Origin: Fimbriimonadaceae bacterium
GTDB lineage: Bacteria; Armatimonadota; Fimbriimonadia; Fimbriimonadales; Fimbriimonadaceae
Reading direction: 5' to 3'
DNA: 37,689 nt
NCBI GenBank assembly: GCA_947447315.1
Contig: CANFJD010000001.1
Location: 1 to 37,689, forward strand
This document shows, piece by piece, positions 29,344 through 37,140 of this stretch. Numbering within the stretch: position 1 is the first letter of the stretch; each line of letters opens with the position of its first letter. Under the pieces are notes generated by a model, which did not search any database, was not told where the DNA came from, and saw nothing but the letters and a program-made list of their open reading frames with translations. A program made the position numbers and the translations under genes.

Positions 29344-29360
29344 AAAACAATCGTTTGCCA
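29344..29360. promoter_or_regulatory. Possible LacI-family operator upstream of the prepilin-like gene
   Basis: CG-centred imperfect palindrome CAATCGTTTG (29348-29357) in an AT-rich promoter region. Confidence 0.35.
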
Positions 29361-29406
29361 AATGCCTGTCGCCCCTAGCATAACACAGTGCCTGACGAAA
29401 CGGAAG

Positions 29407-30159
29407 TCAGTCAGATTGAACACCTATCCAGCTGGCAAGGACGCGGCGAGCCCGTTCGCGCACTGGAAATTGCGGCTGACCTTTGGAGTCTAGGGTTTGG
29501 TACGGGTCTTGTAGTAGCAAAGCGAGGCGCTTCACATTCGCGGGGTTCTCAAATTTTTGAAGGGCATCGACGCCAAGCCCCCGTTCAAACCACTCTTTCG
29601 ATTTGAGCAGGCCAACTGCCCACCGTTCCACCTCACGATCGTACGGCACGGCGAGGCGGGCGTTTGGCTCCAAGCCCAATCGACGGGATTCCTGCGCTGA
29701 AAAGGGGCGGTAAAACGGGCGAACCCGCTCAATTTCTGGATGATCGCGGTAGACCTGGCACAGCCGACCGATAACTTCGTTCAAATCCCGAATCCGATGT
29801 AGGCGAGAATCGAAGAACCGCTCTTCCGGATCGTCTAGATTCACCCAATCCCCTCCGTCGAAGCTGAGAATTCGCGACTTCGTGCGAATCCATTCATCAA
29901 TTTTGGCCTTATCTACATTCAAGAATGCCCCAGTTTCGGAGAACGCACCGTACCAATTAATCGTAACGCAGTTGCGAAACACAACGCAAGGCTTGATTTG
30001 TTCTCCCCCTGGCGATGGAGGCTCAATTCTGACCGCGATTCCAACCATGGAAGCCCCCGAAAGCGCCATAACGTCCACGGACCGATACACCTTATAGATC
30101 GGCTGCACGGCTGTGATCGCGTAGTGGGTGGCAAGCAGCAAGGAAATGGTGGCAACCAT
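29407..30159 (-). CDS. Hypothetical exported protein with a HEAT-like C-terminus
   Basis: Likely start MVATISLLL after AAGGAAGG; 'GVDALQKF...LALLLQDP...PVRERARRVL'. Confidence 0.55.
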   Translation of the reverse strand: MVATISLLLATHYAITAVQPIYKVYRSVDVMALSGASMVGIAVRIEPPSPGGEQIKPCVVFRNCVTINWYGAFSETGAFLNVDKAKIDEWIRTKSRILSFDGGDWVNLDDPEERFFDSRLHRIRDLNEVIGRLCQVYRDHPEIERVRPFYRPFSAQESRRLGLEPNARLAVPYDREVERWAVGLLKSKEWFERGLGVDALQKFENPANVKRLALLLQDPYQTLDSKGQPQFPVRERARRVLASWIGVQSD

Positions 30160-30592
30160 CCTTCCTTTGACGCGCCAACCGTCACCGAAGCGGCGGCCAT
30201 TTACGGTGAGCACCGTCAATTCGATCTGGACAAAAGTGCGCAACGCAATGCATTCCTTGAATTTTGGGGCGCCATTTCTTCGGACCCCGCTCGTAATTGC
30301 CCTTGCTCCCGGTGCCGATGATGACTCGTCCTAGCTGACATATCCCGTCATTTCTCATGCCATTCGGTGCATCCGGACTCCTCAAACCGTACGTTCGCAA
30401 CGTTCATTGGCCAAGATGAACTGGCCGGTGATCCGGGTTCGGCACCGAAAAACCTCGCGGCCGAACTCACCGCCCCCATCCACCATCCGACCCCAAAGTG
30501 TTGCGACTAAAGGTCGGAAGTCAAACCACGCCCCTGGCGGCGTGGTCTGCGGACGTGAGCTGACTAAACCCGCCCAACAAAACGGTCAAGTC

Positions 30593-31660
30593 CTAACCGA
30601 TCACCGCTCGCAGCTCTTTCCCATTTCGATTCACGCGCCAAATGTAGGCATCCAGCACATAGTGCGTGATCTGGGGCATGGTGAGTAGCGGAACGAGGAG
30701 GGTCAGTGCGGTGGTAGAGAGCAAGAAATTCCCGGAACCAAAAAGATTTGGATGCTCTTTCCACACAAACCAGTCCCAAATTCCTTCCTCAAAGTAAGCA
30801 ATCCCCATTAGCGTCAAGATGTAAAGCGGCATGTACTTTAACTGAAAGAAGGCTAGCAAACGATTTCTGGAATGCATGGGGTTCGAACGCTTGCGGTACT
30901 GATAAATCCATACCAATGCCATGTAAGGAATGCCGTGCGAAATGATATTGATGAGCGTGAACGTAAGGTCACCGTTAAACAGAATAATGCCGGTGCCCCA
31001 CGCCGCAGCGGTTGCAAGTAGCAACATCACCTTGCCCCCATTCACCTCGCCCGAGGAACGCCAGCGGAGTGCTTCCTTGGCGATAAATGCCAACAGAGTT
31101 GCCACGTAAACCGCTCGAAGCACCCGTTCCGGCCAGGTCACTGGAAGGTGCAAGACGTCAAAATCGCTAAACCACTGAAAATTTCGTGGGTAAGTATGCC
31201 AGTACACCAACGGATAGACCGTGGCCAAATAGATTGCTAGTTGGTCGATCCGCATGCCGACCCCCGCCGGCTCTCCCCGGCGGTAGAGCATCATGAAGCC
31301 GTATTGCTGCCGCACAAAGTGGTAGATGGCAAAGTACGCCACGCAAGACCAAAACACCACGGGCCCCGCCAGCCAAAAGATAAGGATTCCCGCGCCCCAA
31401 GCCGCTAACGGAACCGTGATGTAGAGAGTGCGACGACGCCGAAATTCATCCCGATCAAAATACGTGCGGAAAAGCGAACTGTAAACGTGGGCGACATCGA
31501 TCCCTAAGACGAGTAGCACCCACAACCAAGGGGGCGTATCCTGTATCGCCGCCAACCGATCTCCCCAAATTAATACAACCGCGGTGATGATGACGGGCGG
31601 ACCAATGATCGCGCCGAGATCAAACTTTGGCGAATAAATCCAGGGAGTGGCCGTTTTCAT
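30593..31660 (-). CDS. Polytopic membrane protein with four His-containing motifs
   Basis: Multiple TM helices; DVAHVY, YHFVRQQYG, ISHGIPY and THYVLD. TAATG coupling to the upstream gene. Confidence 0.75.
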   Translation of the reverse strand: MKTATPWIYSPKFDLGAIIGPPVIITAVVLIWGDRLAAIQDTPPWLWVLLVLGIDVAHVYSSLFRTYFDRDEFRRRRTLYITVPLAAWGAGILIFWLAGPVVFWSCVAYFAIYHFVRQQYGFMMLYRRGEPAGVGMRIDQLAIYLATVYPLVYWHTYPRNFQWFSDFDVLHLPVTWPERVLRAVYVATLLAFIAKEALRWRSSGEVNGGKVMLLLATAAAWGTGIILFNGDLTFTLINIISHGIPYMALVWIYQYRKRSNPMHSRNRLLAFFQLKYMPLYILTLMGIAYFEEGIWDWFVWKEHPNLFGSGNFLLSTTALTLLVPLLTMPQITHYVLDAYIWRVNRNGKELRAVIG

Positions 31661-32127
31661 TACGCCAGCGGCATGTATAACTCGGTAATCAGGTTGGCCG
31701 GAGCAGTTGTCGCCGCATCATTCACATACACCTCAAATGCGGGAATCTCCCGGATGGTTCGCCGCATCTTGCGCTCAATGTGATTGGTGAACGCACTCCA
31801 AACCGGTCCCAATGCCTCATATGGCCCGGTGAAGGAAGTAATCGCGTAATCACCCCCAGTGATTTTCCCTAACTCCAAAGGCAACCCACCCTTGTCACCA
31901 AACGCGAACGAGGAGGAAACCTCCACGCAAGCGGCTGATCTCAGATTAGAAGTATCAGTGTAATCAGGGTTATCGTAGTAGATCCCGATGGTCCGTTGCA
32001 CCGGAATTTGACGCGACTCCACCCACTCCCAAAGTCGGTCAAATTCTCGATTCAGTTCCTCATAGGGACCTCGGTGGCGGATCATCACCACCGGAATATC
32101 TGCTACCCGTGCCACTTGGACATCCAT
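31660..32127 (-). CDS. GyrI-like small-molecule-binding domain protein
   Basis: Motifs 'RHRGPY', 'GIYYDNP', 'FTGPYEAL', 'FEVYVND' and 'TELYMPL'. Confidence 0.9.
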   Translation of the reverse strand: MDVQVARVADIPVVMIRHRGPYEELNREFDRLWEWVESRQIPVQRTIGIYYDNPDYTDTSNLRSAACVEVSSSFAFGDKGGLPLELGKITGGDYAITSFTGPYEALGPVWSAFTNHIERKMRRTIREIPAFEVYVNDAATTAPANLITELYMPLA

Positions 32128-32152
32128 TAGCTCGATATACCTCTGTTACTTA

Positions 32153-33316
32153 TCAACATTCATTTCCTCCAGACTCTCGTAAGAAATAGTGGGGCACAAA
32201 CCGCGCCAAATCTCCCGTGATGGGCCCATCAGACTCGCGAATGCCGATGCCTCGCGCCTCTCCGTCGATGACCCACGACCCAATCACGGCATGATTACCA
32301 TCGTAAACCGGAAGCGGCTGGTACGCCTGATAAATCACGCGATCATCCCCGTATGGCCCCCCTTGCGAAACAGTTTCATGGCCGCCTCGAATCGTCACGT
32401 TGGCTCCTTCACGTCCCAAAAATGGCTTTTCTACGTAACGATCCAGGTCCCGCGGGCCATCGGCGTAGGCTGGCAATAGATTCGGGTGCCCCGGAAACAT
32501 CTCCCATAAAATTGGCAAAATACCCTTGTTTGAAAGGATCATCTTCCAGATCGGCTCGATCCACTGGGTCCGTGAGTAACTCTCCAGTAAGTACGGTCCG
32601 AAATTATCTCGAAGCATCAATTCCCACGGGTAGAGCTTGAACATCGTGTGGATCCGCTCTCGGCGCGGATCAACGAAAACGCGATGATCCTCATCCCACC
32701 CGATCTGCCGCAAACCAAGAATTTCTACTCCGAGGCCCGCTTCTCTAGCCGTATCCAGCATCACCATCGTGGTCATCAAATCTTCCGGATGGTCCACACA
32801 CGTAAAGTGAACATGGCCGGTAGGTAGATATCCCTCATCCTGAAGGCTCCGCCACTTGGCGACCAGTCCTTCCCAAATCGAGTTAAATTGATCTGCGTCT
32901 GGTCGCGTTTCTTGCAGCCAATGCCATTGCACCACCGCCGCCTCAAGCAACGATGTCGGTGTATCGGCATTGAATTCCAGCATCTTGTAGGCTGCGGTTC
33001 CGTCGTAGGCAAAGTCGAACCGGCCGTAGATGGCGGGAGGATCTTTTTCCCACGCTTGTTCGATCACGTCCCGGGCGGCTTCGGGAATGCCGAGGCGATC
33101 GTACGCACGATTTTGGATGACCCATTCCACGGCATCCAAGCACCGCAGGTACACCTCGTTCGTAGCCTCTTCAATCGCCGTGATCTCTGATTCTTCAAAC
33201 CGGTAGACGGCCGACTCGTTCCAGTAAGGTTGACCATCAACCGTGTGAAAGGTTAGGCCGAGACGCTCCACCCGGGTGGTCCAATCCGTCCGGGGCACGA
33301 TAACTTCGCGGCGCAT
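32153..33316 (-). CDS. Glutathionylspermidine-synthase-like ATP-grasp ligase (YgiC/YjfC family)
   Basis: Motifs 'YWNESAVY', 'YGRFDF', 'EFNADTPTSLLE', 'FKLYPWE', 'EPIWKMILSNK' and 'KPFLGREGANV'. The start at 33316 is TAATG-coupled; no CHAP amidase domain. Confidence 0.92.
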   Translation of the reverse strand: MRREVIVPRTDWTTRVERLGLTFHTVDGQPYWNESAVYRFEESEITAIEEATNEVYLRCLDAVEWVIQNRAYDRLGIPEAARDVIEQAWEKDPPAIYGRFDFAYDGTAAYKMLEFNADTPTSLLEAAVVQWHWLQETRPDADQFNSIWEGLVAKWRSLQDEGYLPTGHVHFTCVDHPEDLMTTMVMLDTAREAGLGVEILGLRQIGWDEDHRVFVDPRRERIHTMFKLYPWELMLRDNFGPYLLESYSRTQWIEPIWKMILSNKGILPILWEMFPGHPNLLPAYADGPRDLDRYVEKPFLGREGANVTIRGGHETVSQGGPYGDDRVIYQAYQPLPVYDGNHAVIGSWVIDGEARGIGIRESDGPITGDLARFVPHYFLRESGGNEC

Positions 33317-33537
33317 TATCCGCCGAAGAATCCGCCGCCCGAGCCACCGCCAAAACCACCGTAACGAACGTTTCGGGGGACGTATCGCGCCGTCGGATCC
33401 GTTCGGCACTCGCTTGGGGTGAGCACCCGACCCGCCGCATTGACGCAGTCCGATTGACGCCCCGAACCGCATCCCACCAAAGCTACGCTGGCCACCGACA
33501 TGATCAGCGTGGCGGGCACCTGGGTGGATTTCTTCAT
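33316..33537 (-). CDS. Small lipoprotein with Cys pair and Gly-rich GGFG tail (YgiB/YjfM-like partner)
   Basis: Lipobox LVG-C23, further Cys at 31 and 44, C-terminus RYGGFGGGSGGGFFGG. Confidence 0.8.
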   Translation of the reverse strand: MKKSTQVPATLIMSVASVALVGCGSGRQSDCVNAAGRVLTPSECRTDPTARYVPRNVRYGGFGGGSGGGFFGG

Positions 33538-33572
33538 TCCAGTTGAAAAGCTACCGTATCTGTCACCAACAG

Positions 33573-33581
33573 TGCTAGGAT
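33573..33581 (+). promoter_or_regulatory. Candidate extended -10 promoter for the hairpin RNA
   Basis: TG-c-TAGGAT about 20 nt upstream of the rod hairpin. Confidence 0.4.
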
Positions 33582-33600
33582 TCGGTAACTAAGGACTAAC

Positions 33601-33738
33601 CGCTATCGCGCGCGTAGGTCTTTTGTAGGTCTGCATAATTTTTCACCAAATAGATCGTTGTTCAACCGAAGCAGGTGATTTGAATTTGCCCGCTTACTGA
33701 CGATCTATCGTGAAGAGTTCCTACATCTCGCGTTAGCG
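33601..33738 (+). ncRNA. Candidate rod-shaped non-coding RNA (family not identified)
   Basis: Five nested complementary blocks. G-U pairs favour the + strand. No plausible ORF. Confidence 0.5.
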
Positions 33739-33876
33739 TAACTGCGTGTTCTCGTTTAAAAAACAATACGGAACGGAAAATCTGAAAAGCGGTCATTTCA
33801 ATCGCAGTTCGTTGAGATTCGATGCGAGGAAACCGGGCTTAGAGGGGAAACGCGAGGTTCGATTCTTTCGCGGATT

Positions 33877-33952
33877 TGGTGGAGGTAATGAGATTCGAAC
33901 TCACGACCTCTGCAGTGCGATTGCAGCGCTCTCCCAACTGAGCTATACCCCC
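33877..33952 (-). tRNA. tRNA-Ala (anticodon CGC)
   Basis: GGGGGTATAGCTCAGTTGGGAGAGCGCTGCAAT-CGC-ACTGCAGAGGTCGTGAGTTCGAATCTCATTACCTCCACCA, 76 nt, G3:U70 pair, encoded CCA. TACAAT -10 at 33964-33969. Confidence 0.97.
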
Positions 33953-33978
33953 GGTCCGATTAAATTGTACCGAACCCG

Positions 33979-34296
33979 TTACCGCTCCAGGTCAAAGACC
34001 GGCTCCAACGGAACGGCGATGGGACTGTCATCCGGATTGGTCGGCATGAGGGGTGCCATGTGCGCCCACCAACGGCGGCAAACGTCCGTCTCGGCAATCG
34101 CATCCCACTGTTCCTGACTCTCAATCTTTGCCACCGCAAACACCTGGCACGTCCCCGGATGCAGGAAGATTGAATACTCGATCACCCCGTGCTCCTGCAG
34201 CGTCTGGGTCAGTTCAGGCCAAATAGGCTGGTGCCGATGAACATATTCCGTAATGTGCTCGGGATGCACCGCCATCACAAACGCAATCGTTCGCAT
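33979..34296 (-). CDS. rhaM: L-rhamnose mutarotase
   Basis: 'EYVHRHQPIWPEL', 'YSIFL' and 'CRRWWAHMAPLMPTNPDDSP...VF'. Confidence 0.9.
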   Translation of the reverse strand: MRTIAFVMAVHPEHITEYVHRHQPIWPELTQTLQEHGVIEYSIFLHPGTCQVFAVAKIESQEQWDAIAETDVCRRWWAHMAPLMPTNPDDSPIAVPLEPVFDLER

Positions 34297-34349
34297 GCTT
34301 TATCATGTCCCGTTTCCATGGTGCCGATCATGAGTGCCTTCGCGTAGGG

Positions 34350-34605
34350 TATCATCAATTGTTCAGTCTGAGGAGACCACCGATGCGGCCGAGTGTTTTG
34401 AACACGGGCCTGCGATTCGGAATGGCGTGAGAAACATAAATCTCATATTCTCCGCCGACTCCTTTTCCACCCGTTCCAAATAGAGGGATGCGGGTGCGCG
34501 ACTTGATACTGTAGCCGGTATAGCCGGCAAGCGCTCACACATTAAGAGATGCGTTCTGCACTGTTGCGGGACGGATGATGTACCGGGGCGCGTCCGTGAC
34601 CCTAA
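34350..34605 (+). promoter_or_regulatory. -10 element plus long structured 5' leader of the helicase gene
   Basis: TATCAT at 34350-34355, then five hairpins before ATG 34606. Confidence 0.5.
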
Positions 34606-37089
34606 ATGAACGAAATTAACATCGAAATCGAAAATTCAACCGAAACCGTAACCGAAAACCTCGAGACCGCCACCCCGCTCACCATTGCGGAAGCGATCGC
34701 CACCCTCCCCGAAATTACCGAGGCTGAGGTGATGGAAGAAACCACCGCCGAAGTCGAGCCCGAGGTAATCGCGGCCATCGATATGGAAGCTGAAGTCAAC
34801 CGGGAAGACCAAACTGAATTGGAAGCCGAAGTCGAGCAAGAAATGGAGCTCGACGGCGTCGAAGGCGACTTTGATCCAGAAACCGAGATGGAAGTCGAAA
34901 CGATCTTTACTTCCGCCCCCGTCTCCACGGATCCGACGTTTGCCGATCTTGGCGTGGCCCCCAAGCTAGTCGCTCAGTTGAACGAAGCTGGCATTACGCT
35001 CCCCACCCCGATCCAGCAAGCGGCGATTCCGATCGCCGTCACCGGCCGCGACCTCATCGGGATCGCCCAGACCGGCACCGGCAAAACCCTTGCTTTCGCG
35101 CTGCCCATGGTCACTCGCTTCGGTGAGGATGATCGCGGCGTGGTGCTAGCCCCGACCCGAGAGCTCGCGGAGCAGATCGCCGTCGGCCTCCAGAAGATTG
35201 GCCTTCACCCAGCTCTTCTCATCGGCGGCGCGCCGATGGGTCGCCAAATCAGCCAGCTGCGCGGTCGCTGCAACCTCATCGTTGCCACCCCGGGCCGACT
35301 GATGGACCACCTGATGCAGGGAACCGTTGGACTGGGCAAAGTCAGCACGGTAGTCCTCGATGAAGCCGACCGAATGTTGGATATGGGCTTCGCCCCCATC
35401 ATCAAGCGCATTCTGGATCTCACTCCTGAAAATCGCCAGACCCTTCTCTTCAGCGCGACCATGCCGAAGGAAATTGAGGAACTGGCGCTTAGCCACATGC
35501 GAAACCCCGCCCGAGTGGAGATTGCCCCGCAAGGCACCGCCAGCGAGTTGGTCGAACAGGAAGTTGCGTACGTTACCCACGACGACAAGCGAGACGTACT
35601 CGAGAAGTTGTTGGGCGATAACAACGGCCCCGCGCTGGTCTTCACCCGCACCCGCCACGGCGCCCGCAAGCTCGCCGTAGTGGTACGAGAGATGGGTCAC
35701 CACGCCGGTGAACTCCACTCCGACCGAACTCTGGCCCAGCGACAGTCCGCCATGGAAGGTTTCCGCACCGGATACCACCGCGTCCTCGTTGCCACCGACA
35801 TCGCCGCTCGCGGTATCGACGTTAAGGCGATTTCGCTCATTGTGAACTGGGACGTTCCGGAGCACGCCGAAGACTACGTTCACCGTATCGGTCGAACGGG
35901 CCGCGCCGGTGCAACGGGTAAAGCCGTGACCCTCGTTCTTCGAGAGCAGGCCCGAGAAGTCCGCGACATTGAAAAGCTGTTGGGAACCGAGATTCCGATC
36001 TCCGATCTCAGCACCGTTTCCGCACCGGTATTCCACGCGCCGCGACAGGGTGGCAACCGTGCCGCCGGTAATCGAGGCGGCGCTGCTCCGGCCCGACGTC
36101 AACGACGTCCGGATCGCGCTCCTGGCGCTCGTCCCGCCGCCGCCAATTCGTTCAGCGATGCCGTAGACCGCATGCCCGTTCGGGAGGATTCCTTTCCCGG
36201 TCGCGAGCGCCCGGTTATCCCGGCCCGCGAACAAAATCGCGACGATCGCCCCTACACGCCGCGTGCCGTAGACGCCCCGCGTCCCGAGGGTCAGCAAAAC
36301 TGGCAGGATCGCGCAAACGGTCCTCGCCCCGGCTACAACCGGCCAGAGAGCAATCGCCCGGATGGCGACCGACCCTACGGCGACCGATCCAACGATCGAC
36401 CGGCCTACGGCGATCGTGGGAATCAGGCTCGCCCCTACGGTGACCGTCCGGCTTACGGCGATCGAAACCAAGCGCGTCCTTACAACAACGATCGAAGCGG
36501 GAACGACCGTCCGTACGGCAATCGTCCGCAAAACGATCGGCCCTACAATGACCGACCTGCTAGCGATCGGCCCTACAACGATCGATCCAATGGTAACGAT
36601 CGACCCTACAATGCGCGTCCCCAGGAAAATCGTGGCCCGGGTGGCTACCAGGGCAACCGACCGTACAACCAGGGCGGAAACCAAGGCGGCGGGTACCCGG
36701 GAAGCAGCTACAAGGGCAACAACTACCAGAGTGGCGGCAACCAGCCCTATGGTCGCCCCAATAACGATCGACCGTACAACGACCGGCCCAATAATGATCG
36801 CCCGAATTACGGCCGCGGTAACGATCGGCCCTTTGGCGGAAACCAAGGAGATCGCCCGTCCTTCCCTCGCCCAGAAAACTCCAAGCCGGAGTTTCCTCGG
36901 GCTGAATCTGGCGCTCCGCGCCCGTCAACTCGGGTAACCGGAAAGCCTGGATTCAAGAAGGGTGCCGGCAAACCGGTCCAGGCGTCCACCCCGGTAAACC
37001 CGGCCACGCCGCGTCCTGACCACGATTCCGGCAATGCCAGTCCGAAGAAGTCTCACCGCGGATGGTCCGGCAAGCCCGGCAAATCCTAA
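34606..37089 (+). CDS. DEAD-box RNA helicase (RhlE-like) with acidic N-tail and repetitive C-tail
   Basis: Motifs TPIQ, AQTGTGKT, PTRELA, DEAD, SAT, ARGID and HRIGRTGR. Confidence 0.95.
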   Translation: MNEINIEIENSTETVTENLETATPLTIAEAIATLPEITEAEVMEETTAEVEPEVIAAIDMEAEVNREDQTELEAEVEQEMELDGVEGDFDPETEMEVETIFTSAPVSTDPTFADLGVAPKLVAQLNEAGITLPTPIQQAAIPIAVTGRDLIGIAQTGTGKTLAFALPMVTRFGEDDRGVVLAPTRELAEQIAVGLQKIGLHPALLIGGAPMGRQISQLRGRCNLIVATPGRLMDHLMQGTVGLGKVSTVVLDEADRMLDMGFAPIIKRILDLTPENRQTLLFSATMPKEIEELALSHMRNPARVEIAPQGTASELVEQEVAYVTHDDKRDVLEKLLGDNNGPALVFTRTRHGARKLAVVVREMGHHAGELHSDRTLAQRQSAMEGFRTGYHRVLVATDIAARGIDVKAISLIVNWDVPEHAEDYVHRIGRTGRAGATGKAVTLVLREQAREVRDIEKLLGTEIPISDLSTVSAPVFHAPRQGGNRAAGNRGGAAPARRQRRPDRAPGARPAAANSFSDAVDRMPVREDSFPGRERPVIPAREQNRDDRPYTPRAVDAPRPEGQQNWQDRANGPRPGYNRPESNRPDGDRPYGDRSNDRPAYGDRGNQARPYGDRPAYGDRNQARPYNNDRSGNDRPYGNRPQNDRPYNDRPASDRPYNDRSNGNDRPYNARPQENRGPGGYQGNRPYNQGGNQGGGYPGSSYKGNNYQSGGNQPYGRPNNDRPYNDRPNNDRPNYGRGNDRPFGGNQGDRPSFPRPENSKPEFPRAESGAPRPSTRVTGKPGFKKGAGKPVQASTPVNPATPRPDHDSGNASPKKSHRGWSGKPGKS
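36240..36860 (+). repeat. Coding degenerate tandem repeat (N/G)DRP(A)Y in the helicase C-tail
   Basis: More than 10 copies of DRPY/ARPY/NRPY-type units; boundaries approximate. Confidence 0.85.
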
Positions 37090-37106
37090 GAAATAGGCAA
37101 AATCGC

Positions 37107-37140
37107 CGTCCCCCACTCATTGAGTGGGGGACGTTTTTTT
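37107..37140 (+). terminator. Rho-independent terminator of the helicase gene
   Basis: CGTCCCCCACTC-ATT-GAGTGGGGGACG followed by T7. Confidence 0.92.

Noticed and set aside
30160-30590. ~430-bp gap with short ORFs and a small hairpin (CCACGCC...GGCGTGG near 30526-30545)
   Set aside because: No convincing coding signal or extended structure; the hairpin is at most a weak terminator.
33601-33875. Assignment of the hairpin region as SRP RNA, RNase P RNA, tmRNA or retron msr-msd
   Set aside because: No SRP domain IV, RNase P GAGGAAAGUCC or tRNA-like ends seen, and no reverse transcriptase in the window.
33877-33900. tRNA 3' end as the att site of an island
   Set aside because: I saw no second copy of the tRNA 3' end and no integrase in the window.
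33746-34117. 123-aa ORF containing 'GGGNEIRTHDLCSAIAALSQLSYTP'
   Set aside because: Antisense translation of the tRNA-Ala gene.
35146-36846. 566-aa antisense ORF over the helicase
   Set aside because: Shadow of a GC-biased, repetitive sense gene; no protein motifs.
36240-36860. CRISPR-like periodic repeats
   Set aside because: Degenerate, in-frame coding repeats with no unique spacers and no cas genes.
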